From Deinococcales bacterium (GTDB lineage: Bacteria > Deinococcota > Deinococci > Deinococcales > JAAFIG01), in the NCBI GenBank assembly GCA_043778225.1, contig JAYWGM010000001.1:1-56085 (forward strand): a stretch of 56,085 nt of DNA, in the 5' to 3' direction. This document shows positions 1-9,928 of this stretch, one piece after another. Numbering within the stretch: position 1 is the first letter of the stretch; every line of letters starts with the position of its first letter. The translations under genes and the position numbers were made by a program. The notes beneath the pieces were generated by a model, which searched no databases, had not been told where the DNA came from, and saw only the letters and a list, made by a program, of their open reading frames with translations.

Positions 1-326
1 AGAAACGAGTTTTATCTCGTCAACAACAACCACACTGTCAAAGAACTCGCTCGTACTCGAGGTGACCTCGTGCAGAGCGACAAAGAATGTATCACTAGAT
101 TTGAGAACTGTCAACACTACGGGAGAAAAGAAGGAGGAGGGAGGAGAAAGGCGTGAAGGACACCGTAAAGGGCTGGGACGAGTCTCGAAGAGAATGGGGA
201 AATGGTGGTTGTGAACTTGAGTATAAAGAAAAAGGGGTGGTTTTTTACTTCTCAAGACTCGAGTTGTATGAACCAAACTAGACAGAACACACTATTGGAA
301 ACTTGAGAAGTCAGTACAATAAGTGT

Positions 327-1664
327 ATGACAGCCACGACTCGAGAACCAATCAGCATTGAGCAATTTGTCCATCAGCCTTTTGCTGGTGCGGATGGGTT
401 GATTGCTGGTTCTGACATTTGTGTGCAGTGCGGTATCTGCTTGTCGGCTTGTCCGACCTACCAATTAACGGGCGAAGAAATTCAGAGTCCTCGAGGGCGC
501 GTGATGCTCTACCGTGCGGCGGCTGAGGGCTTGGTGCAAGATTATGAAGTGGTTCTTGAGGCGGCTTATGATTGCCTTGACTGCCGTGCTTGCCAAACGG
601 TCTGTCCTAGTGGCGTGAAACCCGGTGAGTTATCGGTAGAAACTCGGGTGGCATTGCAAAAAGGTAAGCCACCATCTTGGCAAATTGCGGCGATTCTCGA
701 GCCATTCAAGTACCCATGGGCTTGGGATGTGATGAATTTCGGGGTGCGAACGTATCAAGGGCTGGGACTGCAAAAGTGGGTGCGAAAAAGCAAGATTCTC
801 GAGAAATTTGGAAACTTTGGCAAGAAACTAGCCGAACTCGAGAATATTCTGCCTGCCAAAGTTGCACCATCTATTCGTACCAGACTTGCGCCAGTCACAC
901 CAGCCATTGGCGAGCAGCGCGGACGGGTCGCATTTTTCTTGGGTTGCTTGATGAATGCTTTTTTTAGTGAAGCCTCGAGTGCCACAGTCAAAGTTTTAAC
1001 AATTAACGGCTTTGAAGTCGTCACGCCACGCGAAACCACCTGTTGTGGAGCGCCGCACATTGAAGAAGGCGACCGAACTGGCTTTGACCAAGTGGTTAAA
1101 CGCAACCTAGATATGTACGATTTACTCGAGGTGGATGCAATTATCACCGATTGTGCTGGTTGCGGCGCAGAACTCAAAAAATACGCCAAGATGTTCAAAG
1201 AAGACCCAGAATACGCTGCCAAAGCCGAGCGCTTCTCGAGCAAAAGCTATGGGATTTCCGAATTTTTGCGTAAGCATGGATTGCGCGAACTGCCCCAAGC
1301 CGACGCGCCCGAGATGACCGTGACCTACCAAGATGCTTGCCACCTTTGCCACGGGCAGGGATGCAGCACCCAACCACGGGATTTATTAAAGCAAAATCCA
1401 CTGGTGGATTACCGTGAACTCGAGAAAGCCAGTGATTGCTGTGGCAGTGCTGGAATTTACAACATCACCCATCCGGACACGAGTTATAAAATTCTCGAGG
1501 GAAAAATGGAGCGGGTGCGTGAAAGTGGGGCGCAAGTGCTGAGTGTTGAGAATCCGGGTTGCTTATTGCAACTCGAGGCTGGGACACGTAAATACAATGT
1601 GGATGTAGAAGTTCTGCACACCAGTCAGATTTTACTGGCGGCTTACGAGAAAAGCCCAAGATAA
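327..1664 (+). CDS. (Fe-S)-binding oxidoreductase subunit, GlcF/glycolate oxidase-like
   Basis: Two CxxCxxCxxxCP motifs plus two CCG domains (CCGA, CCGSAG). Start placed at ATG 327, 6 nt after TACAAT. Confidence 0.85.
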   Translation: MTATTREPISIEQFVHQPFAGADGLIAGSDICVQCGICLSACPTYQLTGEEIQSPRGRVMLYRAAAEGLVQDYEVVLEAAYDCLDCRACQTVCPSGVKPGELSVETRVALQKGKPPSWQIAAILEPFKYPWAWDVMNFGVRTYQGLGLQKWVRKSKILEKFGNFGKKLAELENILPAKVAPSIRTRLAPVTPAIGEQRGRVAFFLGCLMNAFFSEASSATVKVLTINGFEVVTPRETTCCGAPHIEEGDRTGFDQVVKRNLDMYDLLEVDAIITDCAGCGAELKKYAKMFKEDPEYAAKAERFSSKSYGISEFLRKHGLRELPQADAPEMTVTYQDACHLCHGQGCSTQPRDLLKQNPLVDYRELEKASDCCGSAGIYNITHPDTSYKILEGKMERVRESGAQVLSVENPGCLLQLEAGTRKYNVDVEVLHTSQILLAAYEKSPR

Positions 1665-1668
1665 TGGG

Positions 1669-2166
1669 CTATTTGCTCAGAACATTTTTAAGTGATTCTT
1701 CTTGTGCGCTTGTGTGCAAGCCGTAGCCACGCCAAAGAATATCGCCTTGTTGATTGACCAGCAGCAAGATGGTTTGAGCTTTGCTTTCGCCAATTGCTTG
1801 CAAGAATTTGTCTTGATGTACATATAAACGAATCACCACTTCCGGTAAAACCACATTGGGTACGCCAGAACGCAAACCTGTATCCACCACGGCTCGAGGT
1901 GAAGAATAGATTTGTGGCAATACAGGCATTTCATAGAATTGAAATTCTGGAAACGCTTGGCGTAAACGCACTGCGGCTGGTCGCCATGAAATCGCTTGGA
2001 TACGTTCTGGTTCATTAAAAGAAATAGCGAGTACGTTTAATTTGCCAGCAAAATCTCGAGGGAAATTGAATTGTTTTCCCTCGAGATTTGAACCTCCAAT
2101 ACTTGGGAAATTTCCAGTTTGCAAAAAGGAAAAACCCAGCATCAGCAAAACAGAAATTAAGTTCAT
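1669..2166 (-). CDS. Hypothetical exported protein, thioredoxin-like/ATP10-like
   Basis: Hydrophobic N-terminus; 'GSNLEGKQFNFP..F.GK' and 'LLVNQQGDILWRGYG' redoxin-like pattern without CxxC. Confidence 0.55.
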   Translation of the reverse strand: MNLISVLLMLGFSFLQTGNFPSIGGSNLEGKQFNFPRDFAGKLNVLAISFNEPERIQAISWRPAAVRLRQAFPEFQFYEMPVLPQIYSSPRAVVDTGLRSGVPNVVLPEVVIRLYVHQDKFLQAIGESKAQTILLLVNQQGDILWRGYGLHTSAQEESLKNVLSK

Positions 2167-2218
2167 CCCTCGAGTATCCACCTAATCATGAGTTTTCACT
2201 GATAGCTGCTTGGGTATC

Positions 2219-4030
2219 TCAACGGCTCGAAGCAGGATTGACAGTGCTTGTGGGTCTCGAGACTGGACGGCGAAAAGTGGGTCCAACTTCAAAAATGGCT
2301 TGCCACGGACGATAAACGGTATACAGCCCTTCGGATTGTCCATTGATGGTACGCACCACATTGACATGATAGCCATCCACGGCATAATCCACTTGGCGGC
2401 TAACCCCAGCAGGTAAGCTCGAGTTAAAGATGGTTTTGGCTGGTGGATGCGGGGTGCGGCGTAAAATTCGAGCGCTCGAGATAGCTACTTTGCGCCCATC
2501 AGAGACCCCATACAACTGTATTGTCATTGATGCACCACTGCTGCTGGCGCGAACCACAATTGGACCTGGGGTGTTGTTTGCCATTTTGAGGTCGAGGTTT
2601 GGGTAATAGACAGCCGCATCTAAACCCAGCACATCATCGTAATAACGCACTTTATAGCTGTGTTGATTGCGTTCCACCACGGGTAAACCAGCCCGATACA
2701 GTGCCGCAAAAGCAGTTGTGCTGGCTTGGCAAACTCCGCCGCCAACCCCTTTTTGGGTACGACCACCACTGATGATTAAACCTTCGACAAAGCCAGTTTC
2801 GGGGCTAATATCGCCAACTGCTTGGTTAAAACTAAAGTTATCACCTTTGGGAACAACATAGCCATCGAGTTTACGGGCTGCCACTGCCGCATTGGTGATG
2901 CGTTCACGGCTCGAGCCATAGTAGCGCGTGGTACTCGAGGAAAGCAGCGTTAGGGTCTTTGGGTCTGGCAAAGATGCAGTGCTAACCTTGGGCTTGGTCA
3001 CGACCACTGGCAACTGAATTTCGGGCAAGTTAGGGTCAAGTACGGCAGCCGCCATTGACTTTTTGGCTTCGCCAAGATTGAGGGCATAACCATCTTGCGA
3101 CGAGCGGCGTATCAATTCGGTGCTTTGGCGGGCATATCGAGCATCGAGTGGTGCTTGGTCAAAACGACTCGAGACCGAGCGCAGTATTTGGGCAATGGCT
3201 TTTTCATCTAAGCGTAAGCCAGTCCGTTCGACAAAAAATAAATTGGCGACTTCGGCAGTGCTGAGCGTTCTCGAGCGTGGCTGCCCACTGTTGGGCGTTG
3301 GATAGGTTAATTTTAAGGGGCGCAAAATGCTGTTGGCTTGAGTGGCTAATTCGCTCAAAGATTCGGCTTGAACATTGGCTGGAACATCGGTGATGGTCAG
3401 TTCTAAATCGGTTAAAAGTGGGTTGGCGTTAAAGGACTTGACCGCATTCTCGAAATCCACACCTTGCCCATCAACATCTTGGCGCACCAGATAGTTGTTC
3501 TTGGTCAAAACCAAAGCTGCATCTTTTGGAGAGACCGCAAATGGCGCAGCCAAACTCGAGAGCCGATTGCGAAAGGTTTTCGGGTCTACTTTGGCAAGCA
3601 AGGTCAGGTTTTTATCGCCGCCAAAACGTTTACCCAGATTCTCAAAGAAATCGCCATTGCGTCCGATTTGAAAAGCCGAAGCAACCATGTTGTCGTAATC
3701 TATACGCCAGCCAAGTTCGGTGGCTTGCAGACGCATGGTTTGGTCGCCAGCCCGCACTGCCACCACTGGTATTGGCAGTTTTGCGTCACGCAGGGCTTGC
3801 AGGGCTTCGGGTTGGGTCAAACCGCCAACCGATACACCCGCCGCAGTGATTCCTGGCAAGACACGTTCGGAATGGTACAACTCAAAACCACCCCAAGCTG
3901 CACCAAACGCAGCCACACCCAACAACGGCATCCAAAGGTGACGCGACCGAGGGCTTTTGACGACAACTTTATTGGCAACAGACTGGCTCACTTTAATTTC
4001 ACTCCCATAACGATGCAAAGACTTTATCAC
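2219..4030 (-). CDS. VanW-family protein with peptidoglycan-binding repeats
   Basis: N-terminal TM; 'FSFNQAVG', 'GGGVCQASTT', 'ERNQHS', 'DLKMANNT' VanW motifs. Confidence 0.85.
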   Translation of the reverse strand: MIKSLHRYGSEIKVSQSVANKVVVKSPRSRHLWMPLLGVAAFGAAWGGFELYHSERVLPGITAAGVSVGGLTQPEALQALRDAKLPIPVVAVRAGDQTMRLQATELGWRIDYDNMVASAFQIGRNGDFFENLGKRFGGDKNLTLLAKVDPKTFRNRLSSLAAPFAVSPKDAALVLTKNNYLVRQDVDGQGVDFENAVKSFNANPLLTDLELTITDVPANVQAESLSELATQANSILRPLKLTYPTPNSGQPRSRTLSTAEVANLFFVERTGLRLDEKAIAQILRSVSSRFDQAPLDARYARQSTELIRRSSQDGYALNLGEAKKSMAAAVLDPNLPEIQLPVVVTKPKVSTASLPDPKTLTLLSSSTTRYYGSSRERITNAAVAARKLDGYVVPKGDNFSFNQAVGDISPETGFVEGLIISGGRTQKGVGGGVCQASTTAFAALYRAGLPVVERNQHSYKVRYYDDVLGLDAAVYYPNLDLKMANNTPGPIVVRASSSGASMTIQLYGVSDGRKVAISSARILRRTPHPPAKTIFNSSLPAGVSRQVDYAVDGYHVNVVRTINGQSEGLYTVYRPWQAIFEVGPTFRRPVSRPTSTVNPASSR

Positions 4031-4092
4031 CAGACTCTTTGCAGTACACTGGACTCAAGTCTAGCAAATAGCCATGGGACAATCGTGAATCC

Positions 4093-4812
4093 TTATGCCC
4101 CACGCTCGAGCATCCGCGCTCGACGCAAGGCTGTAAAAATCTCGCTCGGTTGGGCTGAATCAAGCCGCGCCAAACGCAAGCCCAAACCCCTTGTCAGACC
4201 CGCCAAGCCCTCGAGATGCGCCTGCAAACGCTCCATATAACGCCGTCGCGCCGAATCATCTACCTCGAGCGAGCCAGTCCCTTCGGCATCCTGAACTCGC
4301 CATGCACCGGTTGGCGGCTCGAGGTCTTCGACAGACAAAATCTGTAGCCACGAAAGGTCAAAACCACGCGCCGTTAAAGCCGTTAGACCCGACCGAATAC
4401 CCGACAAAGGCTCGAGACCATCTGAAGCCAACAGCACCAAGCCCGGTTTCTCGAGCGCCAGACGCGCCAAACCAGTTTTTAAGTCGGGAATAGTGTGTTC
4501 AAACCAACCATCCAAGCGGGCAAAAGGCTTAGCAAACGCCAAGGCACTTTTGGCAAGCTCGAGTTTATTAGTCATCGAAGCGCTGGTGTCCAAAACGGCA
4601 TAGACCCGCGTGGCACGCTCGGCTGCAAAACGCCGTACAAATAATTTTCCACTGCGGGCATAGACATTCCAATCGATAAAACGCAATTCATCGCCAGCTT
4701 CGTAAATGCGATGCTCGAGAAATTCGCCACCTGAACCCGCAAAACTGGAACGACGTTCACCAGCCCCAGAGGACAGGGCTTGAGAAGCCAGACGATAACC
4801 ACGCAGTTGCAT
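4093..4812 (-). CDS. DUF58 domain protein
   Basis: 'GSGGEFLEHRIYEAGDELRFIDWNVYAR' and 'LDTSASM' motifs; lies downstream of MoxR. Confidence 0.85.
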   Translation of the reverse strand: MQLRGYRLASQALSSGAGERRSSFAGSGGEFLEHRIYEAGDELRFIDWNVYARSGKLFVRRFAAERATRVYAVLDTSASMTNKLELAKSALAFAKPFARLDGWFEHTIPDLKTGLARLALEKPGLVLLASDGLEPLSGIRSGLTALTARGFDLSWLQILSVEDLEPPTGAWRVQDAEGTGSLEVDDSARRRYMERLQAHLEGLAGLTRGLGLRLARLDSAQPSEIFTALRRARMLERGA

Positions 4813-4825
4813 CGGCGTTAGGCAA

Positions 4826-4850
4826 AGGGCGAGGCAAGCCCCGCCCCCAC
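4826..4850. repeat. REP-like palindrome (GTRG family)
   Basis: AGGGCGAGGCAAGCCCCGCCCCCAC; near-identical copy at 22521-22545. Confidence 0.7.
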
Positions 4851-4861
4851 GGTTGAGGGAT

Positions 4862-5797
4862 TCATGATTTCACCGTTGTCAGGACTTTCTCGAGAACATC
4901 TTTAACTTTTACGCCCTCGAGTTCGGCTTCAAACGACAAGCCCATACGGTGATTAGCAATTAAAGGCAAGGCTCGAGTCACGTCCTCGCGGGAGACAAAC
5001 GGACGGGCATTCAAGAGCGCAAACGCCCTTGCCATCGCCAGCATTGCCTGAGCGCCACGCGGCGACAGACCGTACCGCACTCGAGGGTCGGTGTGGGTGG
5101 CTTCGACCAGTTGCACAATGTACTCGAGCATCGGCTGAGAAATTGGCACATCGCGCACCACTGTCCGCAAGACACTGAGTTGCTCGAGTTCCAAAGCAGG
5201 TAGCGGCGCAGCTATTTCGCCAGCCTCGAGAATCCGTTTCAGGGTTTCGGGGCTTGGGCGCTTAAACTCGAGCCGCGCCAAAAATCGGTCTAACTGTGCT
5301 TCGGGAAGCGGATATGTGCCTTCCATCTCGAGCGGATTTTGGGTGGCAATGACCAAAAAAGGCTTAGGGAGTTCGTGGCGTTCGCCGGCAATCGTGACCG
5401 CACCTTCCTGCATGGCTTCTAAAAGTGCCGATTGGGTTTTTGGCGTGGCGCGGTTGATTTCGTCTGCCAGTAAAACTTGGGCAAAAATCGGACCACGCTG
5501 AAAACGGTACTCGAGTCTGCCCTGTGTGGATTCAATAATTTGTGTGCCAGTAATATCGGCGGGCATTAAATCTGGCGTAAACTGCACCCGACGGTACTCG
5601 AGATTGGCAGCTTTGGAAAAACTCGAAGCCAGAAGCGTTTTACCCAGCCCCGGCACGCCCTCGAGCAGCGCATGACCACCCGCCAGCGCCACCGCAATCA
5701 GGTTTTCGACAACCTCGGTTTGACCAATGAGAACCCTTTCTAAACTACTTTTGAGGCGCGTTGCCGCACCATGTACCAAATCTACGCCATCTGCCAT
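4862..5797 (-). CDS. moxR: MoxR-family AAA+ ATPase
   Basis: 'LLEGVPGLGKT', 'QFTPDLMPADITG', 'DEINRA', 'ATQNP', 'LPEAQLDRF'. Confidence 0.92.
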   Translation of the reverse strand: MADGVDLVHGAATRLKSSLERVLIGQTEVVENLIAVALAGGHALLEGVPGLGKTLLASSFSKAANLEYRRVQFTPDLMPADITGTQIIESTQGRLEYRFQRGPIFAQVLLADEINRATPKTQSALLEAMQEGAVTIAGERHELPKPFLVIATQNPLEMEGTYPLPEAQLDRFLARLEFKRPSPETLKRILEAGEIAAPLPALELEQLSVLRTVVRDVPISQPMLEYIVQLVEATHTDPRVRYGLSPRGAQAMLAMARAFALLNARPFVSREDVTRALPLIANHRMGLSFEAELEGVKVKDVLEKVLTTVKS

Positions 5798-5854
5798 AGG
5801 CACAGGCTATCACTCGAGGCATCAAGAAAAGGTGTCGCAAGTATGACAGTTGGT

Positions 5855-5922
5855 ACAAACCTCATATTGGTTCGCTGGACAAACCTCATATTGGTTCACT
5901 GGACAAACCTCATATTGGTTCG
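5855..5922. repeat. 24-bp tandem repeat, ~2.8 copies
   Basis: ACAAACCTCATATTGGTTC(G/A)CTGG starting at 5855, 5879 and 5903. Confidence 0.9.
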
Positions 5923-5935
5923 TTAAAGTGTATTC

Positions 5936-6007
5936 ATGATTTTGGTCTTACACCCGCAGCCGCCAACCACAAAGTGCCTCATCTTGGCGGTGGGTGGGGG
6001 CGCGTAA
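5936..6007 (+). CDS. Putative proS leader peptide MILVLHPQPPTTKCLILAVGGGA
   Basis: ATG 6 nt after TAAAGT; Pro codons at 5954, 5960 and 5963; TAA at 6005-6007, followed by a terminator. Confidence 0.65.
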   Translation: MILVLHPQPPTTKCLILAVGGGA

Positions 6008-6032
6008 CACGGGTTTCATCTTCTCGAGATTC

Positions 6033-6056
6033 CCGAGCCGCTTGGCTCGGTTTTTT
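6033..6056 (+). terminator. Attenuator terminator in the proS leader
   Basis: CCGAGCC-GCTT-GGCTCGG followed by TTTTTT, ending 35 nt before the proS ATG. Confidence 0.75.
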
Positions 6057-6090
6057 ATTCTCACTCCATAGTTCATTATTCGAGGTCGCT

Positions 6091-7800
6091 ATGAAACGTT
6101 CTGCTTTTTTTGCACCAATGCTGCGCGATATGCCGTCCGAAGCCGATACCAAATCACACCAGTGGCTGTTACGAGCGGGCTTTATTCGTCAACTCTCGAG
6201 CGGTATTTATTCGATGCTGCCACTTGGCTTACGGGTCAAACGCAAAATCGAAGCGATTATCCGCCAAGAAATGCTCTCCATCGGTGGTCTCGAGTTTGAC
6301 CTACCAAGCCTCCAACCTGCCGAAGTTTGGAAAGCCTCGGGGCGTTGGAACGCGATTGGCACAGAAATGCTGCGCTTACGCGACCGTTCTGGGCGCGAGC
6401 TATGCCTTGGCATGACCCACGAAGAAATTTTTGCCAGTTTAGCTAAAGAATTGCGTTCCTATAAAGAATTACCAAGCATTTGGTTTCAGATTGCCCGAAA
6501 ATTTCGTGATGAACCCCGTCCGCGTGGCGGCTTAATTCGCTTGCGTGAATTCACAATGAAAGATTCCTACAGTTTTGCCTTGGACGAAGCCACATTGCAT
6601 ACCCAATTCGAGGCGCACGAACAGGCATACCGAAAAATTTTTGAACGCTGTGGCTTAGAATTTGTGGTTGCCAATGCCAGCAATGGCAACATGGGCGGCA
6701 GTCGCTCCTCGGAATTTGTGGCACTGCTCGAGGCGGGCGAGGATTTGGTGGCGGTGGCTGAATCTGGTGATTATGCGGCTAATCTTGAGGTCGCGGTCAG
6801 TCGGCTCGAGCCAGTCTCGGACGATGGGCAACTGCTCTCCCCTACCGAATTTGCTACCCCCAATGTTCACACTATAGACGACTTGGTGCGCTTCTCGAGC
6901 CAACTTTTTCCAAATGGCGTGGCGGCTGTCCAACAAATCAAAACCTTGGTGTTGGTTGCCCAAGGTGAGCCAGTGGTGGTGCTGCTGCGTGGCGACCATC
7001 AGTTAAACCAAACCAAACTGGCATTGGTGCTTGGCACAGACGATATTCGCCCAGCAGGAGCAGAAGAAACCCTAGAAATTATGGGTGCAAATTTTGGCAG
7101 TCTTGGTCCGGTTGGTATTTCGGCGCGAATTATTGCCGATACTGCCCTCGAGCAGCGGCACGGTATGGTCAGTGGCGCAAACAAGGATGGTTTTCATATC
7201 GCGGGTCTCGAGCCAACCCGAGATTTTAGCGCCCGATTTGCCGATGTGCGCTTGGTTGCCAACGGCGACATGGCACTCGATGGCTCGAGCTTGACCGTGC
7301 GCCGTGGCTTAGAGCTTGGGCATATCTTTGAGCTTGGCACACGCTATGCCAGTGCTATGGGCGCATTGGTTCAGAACAGTTCTGGGCAGCGCGTCCCAAT
7401 TGTGATGGGCAGTTACGGCATTGGCGTGGATAGATTGCTGGCTGCCATTGCCGAAACCCACAGTGATGAGGCTGGATTGCGCTTTCCAAGCAGTGTCGCA
7501 CCTTTCGATTTGGCATTGCTCGAGTTAGGCGATACTGGTGGCGCAGCCGAACGCTTGTATCAAGAACTGACCTCTTTTGGTCTCGAGGTACTGTTTGATG
7601 ACCGCACCGAGGCTCGAGCCGGCGAGAAATTTACCGAATATGAAATGATCGGCATTCCCAAAGCGGTAGTCGTGGGTAAAAAATCGCTCGAGCGTGGCAT
7701 GGTCGAAATCCGAGACCGCCAGACTGGAGAAAAAACAGAAGTGTTACTCGAGCAAGTACAGCAAGTTTTTTATCGTGAACGACGCAATTTAAACTCTTGA
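6091..7800 (+). CDS. proS: Proline--tRNA ligase (bacterial type, with editing domain)
   Basis: 'LRAGFIRQLSSGIY', 'KFRDEPRPRGGLIRLREF', 'ELGHIFELGTRY', 'MGSYGIG'; GAGG upstream of ATG 6091. Confidence 0.95.
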   Translation: MKRSAFFAPMLRDMPSEADTKSHQWLLRAGFIRQLSSGIYSMLPLGLRVKRKIEAIIRQEMLSIGGLEFDLPSLQPAEVWKASGRWNAIGTEMLRLRDRSGRELCLGMTHEEIFASLAKELRSYKELPSIWFQIARKFRDEPRPRGGLIRLREFTMKDSYSFALDEATLHTQFEAHEQAYRKIFERCGLEFVVANASNGNMGGSRSSEFVALLEAGEDLVAVAESGDYAANLEVAVSRLEPVSDDGQLLSPTEFATPNVHTIDDLVRFSSQLFPNGVAAVQQIKTLVLVAQGEPVVVLLRGDHQLNQTKLALVLGTDDIRPAGAEETLEIMGANFGSLGPVGISARIIADTALEQRHGMVSGANKDGFHIAGLEPTRDFSARFADVRLVANGDMALDGSSLTVRRGLELGHIFELGTRYASAMGALVQNSSGQRVPIVMGSYGIGVDRLLAAIAETHSDEAGLRFPSSVAPFDLALLELGDTGGAAERLYQELTSFGLEVLFDDRTEARAGEKFTEYEMIGIPKAVVVGKKSLERGMVEIRDRQTGEKTEVLLEQVQQVFYRERRNLNS

Positions 7801-7865
7801 GCAGACATCACCCCTTGACGCACCAAACCCTGTGTGATACATTTCCCATCCGCGCAAGTGCGTGA

Positions 7866-7942
<77 letters not shown>

Positions 7943-7948
7943 AAGAAT

Positions 7949-7974
7949 AACCCCGTTCTAAACGGGGTTTTTTG
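7949..7974 (+). terminator. Rho-independent terminator
   Basis: AACCCCGTT-CTA-AACGGGGTT followed by a T-run. Confidence 0.75.
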
Positions 7975-8131
7975 TTGTCTCGAGGTTACTCAATAAACCC
8001 ATAAAAACAGCCATGTGCGAAAACGTCCCACTTTTAACGCTGCTCGAGTGGTCGTGCTTGCGCCCTTGATGCAAATAACCGAATTAGCTCGAGTGCCGCA
8101 TCTTGGTGTTGATCCGCAAGCCATGGTGTCC

Positions 8132-9928
8132 TCATTTCGAGACTCGAAATTGTCGTGCGTGTAACTCGGCATACTTACCATTTAGACCCAACAGTTCTTG
8201 GTGTGTCCCCTGCTCGAGTATCCTGCCAGCCTCGAGAACAATAATTTGACTGGCGTGTTGAATCGTGCTCAATCGGTGGGCAATCACAATGCTGGTACGG
8301 GTGGTCAGCAGTTGCTCGAGGGCGCGACCAATCAAGGCTTCGGTGCGGGTGTCTATATTGGCGGTGGCTTCATCCAGAATCAGAATTTTCGGGTTTGCCA
8401 GCACGGCTCTGGCAAAAGCAATCAGTTGGCGTTGCCCTTGGGATAATCCGCCACCACCTTCGCCAATCGGGGTTTCGTACCCTTTGGGCAAGGCACTGAT
8501 AAATTCATGGGCGCTGGCGGTCTGGGCAGCGGCTTCGATTTGGGCTTGGGTTGCCTCGAGTTTGCCATAACGGATGTTGTCCAGAATAGTACCACTAAAT
8601 AAAAACGGTTCTTGCAGCACCATTGCCATTTCGGCGCGTAAACTGGCTCGAGTCAGATGACGGACATCGTGTCCATCTACCCGAATTGTGCCAGCCGTGA
8701 CATCATAAAAACGTGGTATCAGGTTGGCAACTGTGGTTTTGCCCGCCCCAGTTGTACCGACCAGCGCCACGGTTTGACCAGCCTCAACGGTAAAAGAAAT
8801 ATCGTTTAGCACCAATCGTTCTGGGCTGTAGCCAAAACTGACCTGATCAAATTCGATTTTTCCCTCGAGCTTGGGCAGCACCAGCGCATTATCGGCATCG
8901 GCGGGTTCTGGGGTTTCATCGAGAATCGCATAAATCCGTTCTGCTCCTGCCAAAGCGCTTTGGGCTTGGGTATAGATGCTCGATAAAAGCTGGACTGGGC
9001 GAAAAAATTGCTGCACATAAAGTAAAAAAGCTGCCAACAGACCAATCGAAAGTTGCTGCTCGAGAACCAAATAACCGCCGTAACCAATCACCAGCGCCGT
9101 GGCGAGGGTACTTAAAAATTCAATCGCGGGCGAAAAGGCACTGGTTAAGCCCACCGCTTGGACATTGGCGTTGCGGTTGGCGGCGTTGCGGTTACGAAAA
9201 CGGTCAATGTTGGCTTGGCTGCGGTTAAAGGCTTGGGATTCTCGTGCGCCACCAATTTCTTGTTGAATATCTGCCGTCACATCGCCAACCGTTTCTCGGG
9301 TTTTACGAAAAGCAATTCTGGCTCGAGTCGCAAAAAAACTGGTGGTTAGAAGCATAATTGGAATCACCAAAAAACTGACCAAGGCAAGTGGAAGGTTTAG
9401 GAAAACCATCGCCATTAAAATGCCGATTAAACCAAATAGCGACCCGAATAACTGAGTGATGCCCTGTCCAAAAAACTGGCTGAGGGTATCCACATCGCTG
9501 GTCACACGGCTCATCAGGTCGCCAATCGGTTTTTTGTCAAAATAAGTGAGCGGCAGTTTTTGCAACTGCCCAAATAAGCGCTGCCGCAAGCCCGCCAAGA
9601 GTTTTTGCGAAACCGTACCGACGACCACGATTTGTTGCCTCGAGACCAGCGTTCCTAAAATATAAACGCCCAACAACTCGAGCATCCGTAAAGTTAGACC
9701 GGCTGGCTCGAGCTTCGAGATATTCTCGTCTATGGCGCGTCCGACCAACCATGGCGCAGCCGCTTGTGCCAACGCGCCAAGAACCACCAAGGCTGCCACC
9801 AACCCTAAACTCGAGCCATATGGCTTAAATTCAGCCACCAAGCGCTTGGCGGTTGCGCCACGATTCTGCGCCCGTTCGTTTTCCATTTGTGCCATGCTGG
9901 CTAAACTGCCCGGAGGAGCGCCTCTCAT
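8132..9928 (-). CDS. ABC exporter, fused TMD-NBD subunit (consensus site)
   Basis: TM helices, GTTGAGKT, LSQGQRQ, ILDEAT, IAHR. Confidence 0.92.
   Translation of the reverse strand: MRGAPPGSLASMAQMENERAQNRGATAKRLVAEFKPYGSSLGLVAALVVLGALAQAAAPWLVGRAIDENISKLEPAGLTLRMLELLGVYILGTLVSRQQIVVVGTVSQKLLAGLRQRLFGQLQKLPLTYFDKKPIGDLMSRVTSDVDTLSQFFGQGITQLFGSLFGLIGILMAMVFLNLPLALVSFLVIPIMLLTTSFFATRARIAFRKTRETVGDVTADIQQEIGGARESQAFNRSQANIDRFRNRNAANRNANVQAVGLTSAFSPAIEFLSTLATALVIGYGGYLVLEQQLSIGLLAAFLLYVQQFFRPVQLLSSIYTQAQSALAGAERIYAILDETPEPADADNALVLPKLEGKIEFDQVSFGYSPERLVLNDISFTVEAGQTVALVGTTGAGKTTVANLIPRFYDVTAGTIRVDGHDVRHLTRASLRAEMAMVLQEPFLFSGTILDNIRYGKLEATQAQIEAAAQTASAHEFISALPKGYETPIGEGGGGLSQGQRQLIAFARAVLANPKILILDEATANIDTRTEALIGRALEQLLTTRTSIVIAHRLSTIQHASQIIVLEAGRILEQGTHQELLGLNGKYAELHARQFRVSK

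Noticed and set aside
1..300. Purine-rich stretch with short frames (1-156, 153-281)
   Set aside because: No recognisable motif and truncated by the window edge; cannot support a call.
5974..6090. N-terminal extension of ProS, or a T-box
   Set aside because: The region contains a terminator and leader ORF; there is no T-box consensus or room for stem I. ProS-like sequence begins at 6091.
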